Shown one piece after another: positions 18,937-28,635 of a stretch of DNA of 64,000 bases. The notes under the pieces were generated by a model, which saw only the letters and a program-made list of their open reading frames with translations, was not told the DNA's origin and searched no databases. Position numbers and translations under genes: made by a program. How positions within the stretch are numbered: the stretch's first letter is position 1; every line of letters starts with the position of its first letter. Origin of the DNA: Patescibacteria group bacterium (GTDB lineage: Bacteria > Patescibacteriota > Patescibacteriia > GWA2-46-9); assembly GCA_041660005.1 (NCBI GenBank), contig JBAZXG010000001.1, forward strand, positions 4,253-68,252. Reading direction: 5' to 3'.

Positions 18937-19302
18937 TTAAAAACTAAGCCCACCAGTGCGAGCAGCTTCAGCAAGCGCTTTCACCTTACCATGATAACGA
19001 TAACTCCGCCTGTCGAATAATACCTCAGTAATCCCTTTGGCCACAGCCAACTTTGCCAACTCTTGTCCAACCGCTGTCGCCGCTGCAACGCCTTTCAGTT
19101 TCTTGTCGACCATTCGATCAGACGCAGAAACTAAGGTACGTCCTGCATTGTCGTCAATGAGTTGTGCGCTAATATGGGTCAAACTGCGATAGACAGCAAT
19201 GCGAGGTCGCAAAGCCGTGCCATGAATTTTAACCCGCACGCGACGAACTCGCTGGCTGCGAATGTGATCAAGTTTTTTCCTCTGTTTAGAAAGTATAGCC
19301 AT
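18937..19302 (-). CDS. rplR: 50S ribosomal protein L18
   Basis: [20 protein letters not shown]. Confidence 0.9.
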   Translation of the reverse strand: MAILSKQRKKLDHIRSQRVRRVRVKIHGTALRPRIAVYRSLTHISAQLIDDNAGRTLVSASDRMVDKKLKGVAAATAVGQELAKLAVAKGITEVLFDRRSYRYHGKVKALAEAARTGGLSF

Positions 19303-19310
19303 AAATCTCT

Positions 19311-19856
19311 TTACTCAGATGCCTTAGCAGTCTTACCCGCCTTACGGCGAATGACCTCACCGACATACTTAATACCTTTACCTTTATAAGGTTCTGGTTT
19401 TCTAATACGCCGAATCTGTGCCGCGATTTCTCCAACCAGCTGCTTATCAATGCCCTGCAACGTCAGCACCGTCTTTTCGGCAGATCCAACAATACCTTCG
19501 GGCAAGGTCATTTCAACCGGATGGGAAAACCCCACATTCAGTACCACCTTCGATCCTGTAACAGCAACTTTGTAACCTACTCCCACGAGTTCCAGTTGCT
19601 TGGTAAATCCCTGCGTAACGCCGACAATCATGTTATGAATCAAGTTTCGAGAAAGACCCCAAAGCGCCCGCTGTTGATTATCCATTGCGTTCTCTACGGA
19701 CACGACGAGTTCTTTTTCGCCGACGGCAACGCGAACGGAAGGGTGCAGCACCATACTTAAAGCGCCGCGCGTGCCTTTCACATTCACTTGTTGACCAACG
19801 ACATCCACCGTGACGCCGCTAGGAATAATGACTGGTTGTTTGCCAATTCTGGACAT
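19311..19856 (-). CDS. rplF: 50S ribosomal protein L6
   Basis: [15 protein letters not shown]. Confidence 0.9.
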   Translation of the reverse strand: MSRIGKQPVIIPSGVTVDVVGQQVNVKGTRGALSMVLHPSVRVAVGEKELVVSVENAMDNQQRALWGLSRNLIHNMIVGVTQGFTKQLELVGVGYKVAVTGSKVVLNVGFSHPVEMTLPEGIVGSAEKTVLTLQGIDKQLVGEIAAQIRRIRKPEPYKGKGIKYVGEVIRRKAGKTAKASE

Positions 19857-19865
19857 ATGCTTATC

Positions 19866-20306
19866 TTAGTAGATACGGCACAGCAACTCGCCACCCACAC
19901 CGGCACGCCGCGCCTGACGATTCGTCATGAGTCCTTGCGGGGTAGAGATAATAGCAATACCCAAACCAGAGTGCACAATAGGAACAGCGTCTTTCTTTAC
20001 GTAGACACGGTTCGACGGCTTGCTGATGCGAATAAGGGACTTTGCCGCCGGTTTTCCATCAGCTGCATAATGGAGGACGAGACGAAGCAAGTTGCTTCTC
20101 CCTTTACGACCAGCGCGAATACTTGTTCGCGGCGACCAAGGAATAGCGGCAACGTCAATAGTTTCTACACCCTCGAGATATCCTTCAGCGACCAAAAGAT
20201 CAGCGAGTGATTTCTTGAGATGTGAAAACGGCACAACCACTTCGACTTTCTTAACGAGAAAGCCGTTGCGGATTCGAGTTATCATGTCTGCGATTGGATC
20301 TGTCAT
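19866..20306 (-). CDS. rpsH: 30S ribosomal protein S8
   Basis: MTDPIADMITRIRNG. Confidence 0.9.
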   Translation of the reverse strand: MTDPIADMITRIRNGFLVKKVEVVVPFSHLKKSLADLLVAEGYLEGVETIDVAAIPWSPRTSIRAGRKGRSNLLRLVLHYAADGKPAAKSLIRISKPSNRVYVKKDAVPIVHSGLGIAIISTPQGLMTNRQARRAGVGGELLCRIY

Positions 20307-20321
20307 AGGTCTTTCGTAAAA

Positions 20322-20516
20322 TTACCAGCTAGCTTTTGTCACCCCGGGCACTTCACCCTTGAGCGCAAGTTCGCGGAAGCAAATACGGCAAAGGGCAAAT
20401 CGCCGCATATACCCGCGCTTTCTTCCGCAGCGCCAGCATCGACGGACAACGCGCGTGCTGTACTTGGGCTTAGTGAGTGATCGTGTTGATTTAACAACCT
20501 GTGCTTTGGTAGCCAT
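20322..20516 (-). CDS. rpsZ: 30S ribosomal protein S14 type Z (zinc-binding)
   Basis: 61-aa class with CxxC...CxxC ([10 protein letters not shown]...CRIC). Confidence 0.9.
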   Translation of the reverse strand: MATKAQVVKSTRSLTKPKYSTRVVRRCWRCGRKRGYMRRFALCRICFRELALKGEVPGVTKASW

Positions 20517-20526
20517 AGTAATGCAA

Positions 20527-21084
20527 TTAATCGTTACGGAAAGGAAAACCGAGGGCGGTCAGAAGAGCAATTCCTTCCTCGTGGTTCTTCGCCGTTGTAT
20601 CAATAATAACCTCAAGCCCGTGAATTCGTTCAACCTCATCAGAGCGAATCTCCGGAAACACCAAGTGTTCTTTAAAACCAATAGTGGCATTGCCCGTACG
20701 ATCGACAACCTTCTTTGAAATACCACGAAAGTCTCGAACGCGCGGCAGAGCAATGTTCACCAGCTTTTGCAAAAAGTCGTCCATACGCTTGCCTCGCAGC
20801 GTCACCTTTAACCCAATAACCATGCCCTCGCGAATCTTAAAATTCGAAATTGATTTTCGGGCAAGTGTTTTAACGGGCTGCTGACCGGTAATGCGGCGCA
20901 GTGTTTCGATGGCAGTTTCTAAAAACTTGGCATCGGTGAGCCCTGGGCCAGTACCCACATGAACAACAACCTTTGCGACACGCGGCGCTTGGTGCACGTT
21001 GGTATAACCGAACTCTTGCATGAGTTTCGGCAGTACGGTTGATGTATAATATTTTGCTTCTGCTTTATTCGTCATATTAAGCAA
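20527..21084 (-). CDS. rplE: 50S ribosomal protein L5
   Basis: [20 protein letters not shown]. Confidence 0.9.
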   Translation of the reverse strand: MLNMTNKAEAKYYTSTVLPKLMQEFGYTNVHQAPRVAKVVVHVGTGPGLTDAKFLETAIETLRRITGQQPVKTLARKSISNFKIREGMVIGLKVTLRGKRMDDFLQKLVNIALPRVRDFRGISKKVVDRTGNATIGFKEHLVFPEIRSDEVERIHGLEVIIDTTAKNHEEGIALLTALGFPFRND

Positions 21085-21400
21085 CAGTTATGCTGGCGTC
21101 ACACTTCGGGCACCTTCGCTCCTTCTTGCCATCAGTCAGTATGCGATAACCGACGCGAATGGTTTTTTTGCAGCTCGGACAAACGAGGGCGACGCGAGAC
21201 ACCGGTAAGGGCGCTGGAAATTCAACAATCTGCCCTCGTTCACCTTCGCGGCGCGATTTATTAAACTTCTTTCTAATATTAAGCCCCTCCACCACAACCT
21301 TTGCTATCTTTGGTTGAGCGGAAAGTACCTTCCCTTGTCTCCCGCGGTCTTTGCCGCCGAGCACTTGTACGGTATCACCTTTTCGAATCTTCATAGCCAT
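21077..21400 (-). CDS. rplX: 50S ribosomal protein L24 with C-terminal CxxC...CxxC zinc-ribbon
   Basis: KOW motif KIRKGDTVQVLGGKDRG. C-terminal CPSCKK...CPKCD. Confidence 0.9.
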   Translation of the reverse strand: MAMKIRKGDTVQVLGGKDRGRQGKVLSAQPKIAKVVVEGLNIRKKFNKSRREGERGQIVEFPAPLPVSRVALVCPSCKKTIRVGYRILTDGKKERRCPKCDASITVA

Positions 21401-21404
21401 AGAA

Positions 21405-21776
21405 TTAAAGCACCTCAGGCGCTAGAGAAACAATTTTACTGTAACCCTTAGCACGCAATTCTCGAGCCACGGGTCCAAAGATACGTGTTCCTTTTGGCTC
21501 TTTTGATTTTTTGTCTATGAGCACTGCCGCATTGTCGTCAAAGCGCACGTAAGAACCGTCTGAGCGGCGCGTCTCTTTTCGTGTACGAACAACAACCGCG
21601 TGAGCAACTTCACCCTTTTTTACCCCACTGTGCGGCTGTGCTTCTTTGATGGATACGGTAATGACATCACCGACATGTGCGTAACGCTTCCGGTAACCAC
21701 CGAGCACGCGGATACACTGCAGCTTTTTGGCGCCGCTGTTATCTGCCGGTAGAAGCATGGTTCGTAATTGAATCAT
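21405..21776 (-). CDS. rplN: 50S ribosomal protein L14
   Basis: [27 protein letters not shown]. The ORF track extends the start to 21815. The start chosen here is the conserved MIQ. Confidence 0.9.
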   Translation of the reverse strand: MIQLRTMLLPADNSGAKKLQCIRVLGGYRKRYAHVGDVITVSIKEAQPHSGVKKGEVAHAVVVRTRKETRRSDGSYVRFDDNAAVLIDKKSKEPKGTRIFGPVARELRAKGYSKIVSLAPEVL

Positions 21777-21781
21777 AGACC

Positions 21782-22063
21782 TTATTCTTTTTGCGAGGGC
21801 TCTGTAACACGCCAACGCTTCTGTTTAGACATCGGCCGACACTCTACAAAAGTAACGGTGTCGCCAACATGATAGTGGTTTTCTTCGTCATGCACTGCAT
21901 AACGACGGCTCACTGAGTAACGCTTGTGGTATTTCGAATGCACCCGTGTTCCAACCACTTTAACAATAATAGTCTTCTGCATCGCGTCCGAAACGACGAC
22001 GCCGCTCATTGTTCGTTGCATTTTCTTTATTGGTTCCATACTATTTCGTGTTAGCTCGTTCAC
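21782..22063 (-). CDS. rpsQ: 30S ribosomal protein S17
   Basis: [16 protein letters not shown]...[13 protein letters not shown]. Confidence 0.9.
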   Translation of the reverse strand: MNELTRNSMEPIKKMQRTMSGVVVSDAMQKTIIVKVVGTRVHSKYHKRYSVSRRYAVHDEENHYHVGDTVTFVECRPMSKQKRWRVTEPSQKE

Positions 22064-22235
22064 GCAGGATAGTTAATGTGCGGGCAACATCGCGCTTGGC
22101 GTTGCTGAGATCGTGCACATTTTTACTCTGCCGCGTGGCTGCCTTAAAAGCAAGTTCATGAACCTTACGCCTGTTTTCATCAAGGAAATGGCGAAGTTCT
22201 AAATCTGTTTTTTGTCGTAATTCTTTAGCTTGCAT
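22041..22235 (-). CDS. rpmC: 50S ribosomal protein L29
   Basis: MQAKELRQKTDLELRHFLDENRRK. Confidence 0.9.
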   Translation of the reverse strand: MQAKELRQKTDLELRHFLDENRRKVHELAFKAATRQSKNVHDLSNAKRDVARTLTILRERANTK

Positions 22236-22244
22236 AACAGTAGG

Positions 22245-22658
22245 TTAATCTCGTTCGATTACTTTTGTTTTGACCGGCAGTTTGTAGCCAGCGCTACGCA
22301 ATGCCTCAACGGCAACTGCATGTTCGATACCGTCAACTTCAAAAAGCACGGTACCGGCACGTACAACGGCTACATAGTGATCAACGGCACCCTTACCGCT
22401 ACCCATAGTGTTCTCGTTTCCATGGAAGGTAATTGGCTTGTCCGGGAAAATACGAATCCACATTTTTCCGCCACGCTTCAAGTGACGGCTAATGACGCGG
22501 CGCGTCGCTTCAATTTGGCGAGAGGTCAGCCAACCTTCAGTTGTGGCTTTGAGGCCAACGCTACCAAAGCTGACGGTGGTCTTTCTGCTCGCCAAAACGT
22601 CGCCACGGCTACGCCCCTTATGATGTTTTCGGTGTTTTACTTTTTTAGGTAACAACAT
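22245..22658 (-). CDS. rplP: 50S ribosomal protein L16
   Basis: [16 protein letters not shown]. Confidence 0.9.
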   Translation of the reverse strand: MLLPKKVKHRKHHKGRSRGDVLASRKTTVSFGSVGLKATTEGWLTSRQIEATRRVISRHLKRGGKMWIRIFPDKPITFHGNENTMGSGKGAVDHYVAVVRAGTVLFEVDGIEHAVAVEALRSAGYKLPVKTKVIERD

Positions 22659-22667
22659 AGGTTTGCA

Positions 22668-23354
22668 TTATGAACGTTCGCGATCACGGCGCGGCGATCG
22701 ACGAGCAGGGGCCGCCGATTCTTTCTTCGGGTCACGGAATACCCACACCTTAATACCAATAACACCGTACGTCGTTTGCGCGACACCGCGCGAATAATCG
22801 ATAGCTGCGCGAATGGTATGCAAAGGCAATGTTCCGTGGACAACCTTTTCTGTTCGGGCAATTTCGGCGCCGTTTAGTCGGCCGCCAATTTGAATCTTAG
22901 CGCCAGCTGCACCCGCTTTCACCAACCGAGACATGGCTTGACGCATAGCTCGGCGAAACGGAATACGCTTTTCAATATCTGCGGCAACCGCTTGCACAAC
23001 GAGCGCAGCAGACAAATTGGGCTGATCAATTTCTTGAATGGTAAGTTGCAATGTTGCTTTCTGGCCGAGAACTTTCTGCTTCAATTCCTTCTGCAGGTCT
23101 TCAACACCCTGTCCGCCACGACCAATAACTAAACCTGGTTTAGCGGTATTCAGAATGACCGTAATGGAGTTCTGCGATCGTTCAATTTCTACCTTGGACA
23201 CACTAGCATCCTTGAGGCGCTTTTTTAAATAGCGTCTAATCTCAACATCTTCACGCAACCGGTCACGATACTGCTGACGAGTAGCAAACCACCGCGAAGA
23301 CCAGGTGTAAACACCCCCGAGGCGAAATCCAGTTGGATTAACTTTTTGTCCCAT
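22668..23354 (-). CDS. rpsC: 30S ribosomal protein S3
   Basis: MGQKVNPTGFRLG, KH domain. Confidence 0.9.
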   Translation of the reverse strand: MGQKVNPTGFRLGGVYTWSSRWFATRQQYRDRLREDVEIRRYLKKRLKDASVSKVEIERSQNSITVILNTAKPGLVIGRGGQGVEDLQKELKQKVLGQKATLQLTIQEIDQPNLSAALVVQAVAADIEKRIPFRRAMRQAMSRLVKAGAAGAKIQIGGRLNGAEIARTEKVVHGTLPLHTIRAAIDYSRGVAQTTYGVIGIKVWVFRDPKKESAAPARRSPRRDRERS

Positions 23355-23359
23355 AGAAA

Positions 23360-23758
23360 TTACTTTTTAACCGCTTTTACCTTGGCCTTCGAAACCGCCA
23401 CTACTTTTGCCTGTTTCACGCTTGGCTCGCGCTCTGCCAAAACGAGAATAACGTGACTTCCTCGTTTTCGGATTGGTGTTGCTCGTCCAAAGGCACGCGG
23501 AAGTGAACGCTTCATAGTAACAGCATCGTTTACCGTAATGCTTTTAATCACCAGGTTGTCTGTTTTCACTTTAAAATTGTGCTCAGCGTTGGCAATGGCA
23601 GATTCAATCAATTTCCGAATGGGCTCTGCGGCACGCTTCTGCCAAAATTGCAGTTCCGCAACAGCAGACTCTACGGAGCGACCACGAACGAGGTCGGCAA
23701 TGAGCCGAACCTTACGGGGCGCGATGCGGAGATTTCGTAATTTAGCAGTGATATCCAT
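23360..23758 (-). CDS. rplV: 50S ribosomal protein L22
   Basis: AKLRNLRIAPRKVRLIADLVRG. Confidence 0.9.
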   Translation of the reverse strand: MDITAKLRNLRIAPRKVRLIADLVRGRSVESAVAELQFWQKRAAEPIRKLIESAIANAEHNFKVKTDNLVIKSITVNDAVTMKRSLPRAFGRATPIRKRGSHVILVLAEREPSVKQAKVVAVSKAKVKAVKK

Positions 23759-23764
23759 ACAATT

Positions 23765-24094
23765 CTACTTTTTCTTCGCTGGAGCTGGAGCCGGCGCTGC
23801 TACGGGAGTAGCCGCCTTTTGCTCTAGTTCTTTCTGAATCTTTCCGCCATGACGACGGAAGGTGCGCGACGGAGAAAATTCTCCAAGCTTATGCCCGACC
23901 ATGTTTTCGACAATGCGCACAGAAACGTGCGTTTTACCGTTATGCACACCAATAGTAAAGCCAACCATTTCTGGAGTAATGGCGCAGGCGCGTGCCCACG
24001 TCTTGATAATCGTCTTATCATTCGGTTTTAAAGCGCTAATCTTTTTCACTAATTTCTGGTCGATGTAGGGACCCTTTTTGAGACTTCGAGACAT
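23765..24094 (-). CDS. rpsS: 30S ribosomal protein S19, with Ala/Pro/Lys-rich C-terminal tail
   Basis: [12 protein letters not shown]...GVHNGKTHV. Confidence 0.9.
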   Translation of the reverse strand: MSRSLKKGPYIDQKLVKKISALKPNDKTIIKTWARACAITPEMVGFTIGVHNGKTHVSVRIVENMVGHKLGEFSPSRTFRRHGGKIQKELEQKAATPVAAPAPAPAKKK

Positions 24095-24099
24095 ATAAA

Positions 24100-24951
24100 T
24101 TACTTACGTCGCGCTTTACGCGTGGTACGGCGATTGAGAATAAGACGCTGCGAAGAACGATGCGTATCCCGAGTACGGACACCAAGAGCTGGTTTTCCAG
24201 TTGGTGTTTTCGGATACTTCATACCAATGGGGTTGTTACCTTCACCACCGCCGTGCGGGTGATCGACTGGGTTCATCGCTTTACCACGAACCGTTGGACG
24301 AATGCCGCGATGGCGAGATCGGCCTGCTTTACCCCAACGAATGTTACGGTGGTCAGCATTACCAACAACGCCAATTGTTGCCGAACATTCTTTGCGCACC
24401 AAACGAACTTCGCCTGAAGGCATTTTTAACTGAGCGTAATCTCCTTCAATAGCCATAAGCTCAACGCCGACGCCGGCACCGCGTGCCAGCTTACCACCTT
24501 CACCAGGACGAAACTCAACACTGTGCACCACCACACCCGGCGGAATGAGCTGAAGCGGCATGCGGTTTCCGGTAGCAACTTCGAGCGCATTTTTTGAAGA
24601 GACAATGGTATTGCCTACCGTAAGACCTTGCGGCGCAATCATATACGCTTTGGTGTTGTCGCTATATTCGACCAGTGCCAAGAAGGCGTTGCGATTCGGG
24701 TCGTACTCAATAGCCGTAACGGTTGCAGGAATGTCATAACGCGTACGCAAAAAATCAACAATTCTGATGTAGCGTTTTGCGCCGCCGCCACGATGACGAA
24801 CCGTAATTTTACCTTGATTGTTTCTACCGCCCTGTCTCTTTTTTGGAAGCAGGAGCGATTTCTCCGGATTGGTTTTCGTAATTTCAGCAAAAGACTGAAC
24901 GCTTGAATTACGTCGTCCCGGGGAAGTTGGTTTATAGATGCGTACGGGCAT
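24100..24951 (-). CDS. rplB: 50S ribosomal protein L2
   Basis: [15 protein letters not shown]...[10 protein letters not shown]. Confidence 0.9.
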   Translation of the reverse strand: MPVRIYKPTSPGRRNSSVQSFAEITKTNPEKSLLLPKKRQGGRNNQGKITVRHRGGGAKRYIRIVDFLRTRYDIPATVTAIEYDPNRNAFLALVEYSDNTKAYMIAPQGLTVGNTIVSSKNALEVATGNRMPLQLIPPGVVVHSVEFRPGEGGKLARGAGVGVELMAIEGDYAQLKMPSGEVRLVRKECSATIGVVGNADHRNIRWGKAGRSRHRGIRPTVRGKAMNPVDHPHGGGEGNNPIGMKYPKTPTGKPALGVRTRDTHRSSQRLILNRRTTRKARRK

Positions 24952-24955
24952 AGTG

Positions 24956-25417
24956 TTATACTCCTTCAGCTACGGTGATGCGCTTACCCGCTGGTATGGT
25001 AACGATGGCTTTTTTCCATGCAGGCACACTGCCAAGGAAAGACTTGCGTATTCGTGATTTTGATGGCATATGCAACACGCGAACCGCCACCGGACGCACG
25101 CCATAGGTCTTCTTAACAGCATCCGCAATTTCATACTTGTTGGCATCCATACGTACAGCAAAGACATAGCAATTTGCGGCTTGAAGTAAACCCGCTTTTT
25201 CTGTCACAACAGCGCGGAGCAAGACATCACCATGCTCTTGCGTCGCCTTCGCTGCTGACTTCGCCTGTTTTTCAGTTGCCACAACCGCTTGCTTTTCAGC
25301 CGGCTGCTTTTTCTTGACAGCGCTCGGTTTTTTGACACTTGGCTCTACAATTTCGTCCGCTTGGAAAATTTTATTTAAAATGCTCATACTACTTTCGTTT
25401 AGCAAACCACTGCTCAA
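24956..25417 (-). CDS. rplW: 50S ribosomal protein L23, with a roughly 60-aa Lys/Ala-rich N-terminal extension
   Basis: [11 protein letters not shown] core. The extension start is uncertain. Confidence 0.85.
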   Translation of the reverse strand: MSSGLLNESSMSILNKIFQADEIVEPSVKKPSAVKKKQPAEKQAVVATEKQAKSAAKATQEHGDVLLRAVVTEKAGLLQAANCYVFAVRMDANKYEIADAVKKTYGVRPVAVRVLHMPSKSRIRKSFLGSVPAWKKAIVTIPAGKRITVAEGV

Positions 25418-26042
25418 GCGCTTCTACGCCAGCAACGGTTGTGACGGTATACTCATGGCCTAAAATTGCAGTCAAATTTAAACTATCAGCGCGAATCGCC
25501 TCCACGCCCGGAACGTTGCCAGTGGAACGTTTCAACTCTTCGCTAATACTTGGAACCACAACAAGCGCTTTCGGTTGCTTACGCTTCGCTTTCAGTACTG
25601 AAAAAATTTGTCTGGTCGCGTCGTGCCAATCCTTCGCTTTCCCTTTGGCTGGTAATCCTTCGAGAACAATGAAATGATTTGCCTGCACCTTATCAGAAAG
25701 CGTCATCAGCAAGGCCTTCCTCTTCATCTTTTTGTTAATCCTCAAAGAAAAGTTAGTGTCGCTGCGTGGACCGAATGTGACACCACCACCGCGCCAGAGC
25801 GGCGAACGAATGGAACCGTGACGAGCACGCCCAGTCCCCTTCTGCTTCCATGGTTTTTTACCGCCGCCGCGCACCTCCGCACGCGTTTTAGTGTGCGCAA
25901 TACTCGCGCGTGCGTTTGCCTGCTCCGTAATAACGGCTTGCTGCACCAACGTTGGGTTAACCACAACGCCGAAGAACCGATCGTCTAATTGACGCTCGGT
26001 AACTGCTTCTCCTTTGGTGTTATAAACAGGAACTTTTGCCAT
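25389..26042 (-). CDS. rplD: 50S ribosomal protein L4
   Basis: MAKVPVYNTKGEAV... The track's longer N-terminus (to 26141) overlaps rplC and is rejected. Confidence 0.85.
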   Translation of the reverse strand: MAKVPVYNTKGEAVTERQLDDRFFGVVVNPTLVQQAVITEQANARASIAHTKTRAEVRGGGKKPWKQKGTGRARHGSIRSPLWRGGGVTFGPRSDTNFSLRINKKMKRKALLMTLSDKVQANHFIVLEGLPAKGKAKDWHDATRQIFSVLKAKRKQPKALVVVPSISEELKRSTGNVPGVEAIRADSLNLTAILGHEYTVTTVAGVEALEQWFAKRK

Positions 26043-26046
26043 AAAT

Positions 26047-26664
26047 TTACTGTGCCTCACTGATGAGCACCACGGACCGCGGAGCACCAGGAACGGCACC
26101 CTTAATGGCAATTTCACCGGCATCAGGATTAATAGCAACAACGGTCAAATTCTTAACCGTAACACGATCGCCGCCCATGCGGCCGCCCATCCGCTTCCCT
26201 TTGAAGACGTGCTGCACGCCACCCGCACCAATAGACCCCGGCATGCGCAACTGATCTTTGTGACCGTGCGTCTTCGGACCACCATGGAAGCCGTGCCGTT
26301 TCACTACACCCTGAAAACCAAGTCCTTTAGACGTACCCGTAACGGTAACGCTGTCCCCAACAGCAAATTGCGAAAGATCAAGCGTTGTACCAACGGCAAT
26401 TTCTGGCATATCTTCGCCCATTTGCGGTCGGAACTCGCGAACATAGCGGAAGGCGCCAAGTTTGCCAAAGTGCCCCTTAAGCGGACGAGAGAGGTTCTTT
26501 CGCTTGCCGGTTCCGACTTGCAGTGCACGATAACCATCGCGTTCATTGGAACGAATCGCGGTCACTACACAAGACGCAGCACCAATCACGGTCACAGGAA
26601 TGACCTGCCCGTCTGGTTGGTGCATTTGTGTCATGCGCTTTTTGGTTCCGATGATGAATTTCAT
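26047..26664 (-). CDS. rplC: 50S ribosomal protein L3
   Basis: MKFIIGTKKRMTQMHQPDGQVIPVTVI. The start is probably the internal Met. The track ORF extends to 26745. Confidence 0.85.
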   Translation of the reverse strand: MKFIIGTKKRMTQMHQPDGQVIPVTVIGAASCVVTAIRSNERDGYRALQVGTGKRKNLSRPLKGHFGKLGAFRYVREFRPQMGEDMPEIAVGTTLDLSQFAVGDSVTVTGTSKGLGFQGVVKRHGFHGGPKTHGHKDQLRMPGSIGAGGVQHVFKGKRMGGRMGGDRVTVKNLTVVAINPDAGEIAIKGAVPGAPRSVVLISEAQ

Positions 26665-26798
26665 GTGGGTATCGAGAGAGGCCGGGCCCAGAGCCCGGCC
26701 TCCACGCTGGAAGTCACAAAATGGCTCGGGTACTTTCTCTGCCATGTGCAGAGAGTTGCCTCGATGATGTTTATGTATGAATCAAAAGAATAGGTGAA

Positions 26799-27164
26799 TT
26801 ACATTTTTATTTCAACCTCGACGCCTGCAGGAAGATTGAGTCCCATTAAGGCGTCAATCGTTTTTGGTGTTGGTTCAAGAATATCAATGAGTCGCTTGTG
26901 CACCCGGATTTCAAACTGATCTCGAGAATCCTTATGAACAAACGAGGAACGTGCAACCGTAAAGAGACTCTTTTCGGTCGGCAAAGGAATCGGCCCAACC
27001 ACATTTGCACCTGATCGCTTGGCTGTATCCATAATGGTACGAGCCGATTGATCGATGATCTTGTGGTCGTAGGCGCGAATCTTAATGCGCACCCGTTGCT
27101 GAAACTCTTCGCCGTTTTTGCCAGTAATCACTTTTGGCTTTGCGACGGTTGCGGTTTTGCTCAT
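26799..27164 (-). CDS. rpsJ: 30S ribosomal protein S10
   Basis: [31 protein letters not shown]. Confidence 0.9.
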   Translation of the reverse strand: MSKTATVAKPKVITGKNGEEFQQRVRIKIRAYDHKIIDQSARTIMDTAKRSGANVVGPIPLPTEKSLFTVARSSFVHKDSRDQFEIRVHKRLIDILEPTPKTIDALMGLNLPAGVEVEIKM

Positions 27165-27199
27165 TGCTTTGAAAAGAACGAAAAGGAACGAACTCTGCG

Positions 27200-28387
27200 T
27201 TACTTAACAATCTTTGTTACCACACCGGCACCAACAGTGCGACCGCCTTCGCGAATAGCGAAGCGTTGCTTCTCTTCAAGAGCCACCGGCACAACCAACT
27301 TCACAACCATTGTTGTGGTGTCGCCCGGCATGACCATTTCGGTCCCCTGTTGCAATGTAATTTCACCCGTCACATCCGTTGTACGCATATAGAACTGTGG
27401 CTTGTAGCCGGTAAAGAACGGCTTGTGGCGCCCACCCTCTTCTTTGGTCAAGGTGTATACCTCGGCTTCGAATTCGCTGTGCGGCGTTACCGTACCTGGC
27501 TTGGCCAACACTTGTCCGCGCACGACATCGTCTTTCTTCGTACCACGAAGAAGAATACCGGCATTGTCACCAGCGCGACCTTCTTCAAGGGACTTGTTAA
27601 ACATTTCAATCCCCGTGACCGTTGTCTTTTGCGTGTCTTTGATACCGATAATTTCGACTTCATCGCCGACTTTGACGATACCGCGCTCGATACGTCCGGT
27701 TACCACAGTTCCACGACCTTCAATAGAGAAAATGTCTTCAATCGGCATGAGGTATGGCTTTTCTGTCTCACGAACCGGTTCTGCGACGTAGGTATCAAGT
27801 TGATCAACGAGATCAAGCACTGGTTTTGCGAACTCTCCTGTTGGGTTTTCGAGAGCTTTCAATGCTGAACCGCGAATGATCGGAGTCTTGGCACCGTCGA
27901 AATGGTACTTCGTCAAAAGCTCCCGAATTTCCTCTTCAACGAGGTCAATCAGTTCAGGATCGGAAACCATGTCGACTTTATTGATAAACACCACAATCGT
28001 CGGCACACCGACCTGATAAGCAAGCAGAATGTGTTCACGTGTCTGTGGCATTGGACCGTCTGTTGCTGAAACGACGAGAATCGCTGCGTCCATCTGCGCT
28101 GCACCCGTAATCATGTTCTTGACATAGTCGGCGTGACCAGGACAGTCAACGTGAGCGTAGTGGCGCTTGTCTGACTCGTATTCAACGTGCGCAGTGGCAA
28201 TCGTAATACCACGGGCTTTTTCTTCCGGCGCTTTGTCGATTTCGTTAATACCTTTTTTCTGCGCGGTTTTACCAGCAGCAGAAAGAACTGCGAGCAATGC
28301 TGCAGTTAAAGTTGTCTTGCCGTGGTCAACGTGACCAATAGTCCCGACGTTGACGTGTGGCTTTGAACGGTCAAACATTTCTGCCAT
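27200..28387 (-). CDS. tuf: Elongation factor Tu
   Basis: [25 protein letters not shown] GTPase motifs. 395 aa. Confidence 0.95.
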   Translation of the reverse strand: MAEMFDRSKPHVNVGTIGHVDHGKTTLTAALLAVLSAAGKTAQKKGINEIDKAPEEKARGITIATAHVEYESDKRHYAHVDCPGHADYVKNMITGAAQMDAAILVVSATDGPMPQTREHILLAYQVGVPTIVVFINKVDMVSDPELIDLVEEEIRELLTKYHFDGAKTPIIRGSALKALENPTGEFAKPVLDLVDQLDTYVAEPVRETEKPYLMPIEDIFSIEGRGTVVTGRIERGIVKVGDEVEIIGIKDTQKTTVTGIEMFNKSLEEGRAGDNAGILLRGTKKDDVVRGQVLAKPGTVTPHSEFEAEVYTLTKEEGGRHKPFFTGYKPQFYMRTTDVTGEITLQQGTEMVMPGDTTTMVVKLVVPVALEEKQRFAIREGGRTVGAGVVTKIVK

Positions 28388-28536
28388 AGTATGGTCTCCT
28401 TCTCAACGACCCCCGGCCTTTAAAAAGTCCAGGGTTTTACCCAATCGTTGAGGAAATAAAAAAACTTAATGGTAAACAATATAATGGACCGAAATTTCCG
28501 GCCCTTCATTAGCAGACGCTTCTAGCGTCGCGAATT

Positions 28537-28565
28537 ATCCTAACAGGCGGGTGATAATATGTCAA
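28537..28565 (-). promoter_or_regulatory. Putative sigma70-like promoter for tuf (TTGACA-17-TAGGAT on the minus strand)
   Basis: Reverse complement of 28537-28565 reads TTGACAtattatcacccgcctgtTAGGAT. It lies between the hairpin terminator at 28590-28620 and the tuf start. Confidence 0.3.
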
Positions 28566-28589
28566 GCTTCATATCACAACAGCAAAAAT

Positions 28590-28620
28590 CCCCATTTCGT
28601 GGGGATTTTTGCTGTTCGTT
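28590..28620 (-). terminator. Perfect 11-bp hairpin AAAAATCCCCA-TTTCG-TGGGGATTTTT, bidirectional terminator-like
   Basis: Immediately downstream of the 28636-30834 gene. A-run and T-run flank the stem. Confidence 0.55.
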
Positions 28621-28635
28621 TGTATTTTCTCCTAT

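Noticed and set aside
25389-26745. N-terminal extensions of the L4 and L3 ORFs (to 26141 and 26745)
   Set aside because: The extensions overlap the upstream genes. The conserved L4 and L3 N-termini begin at internal Met codons.
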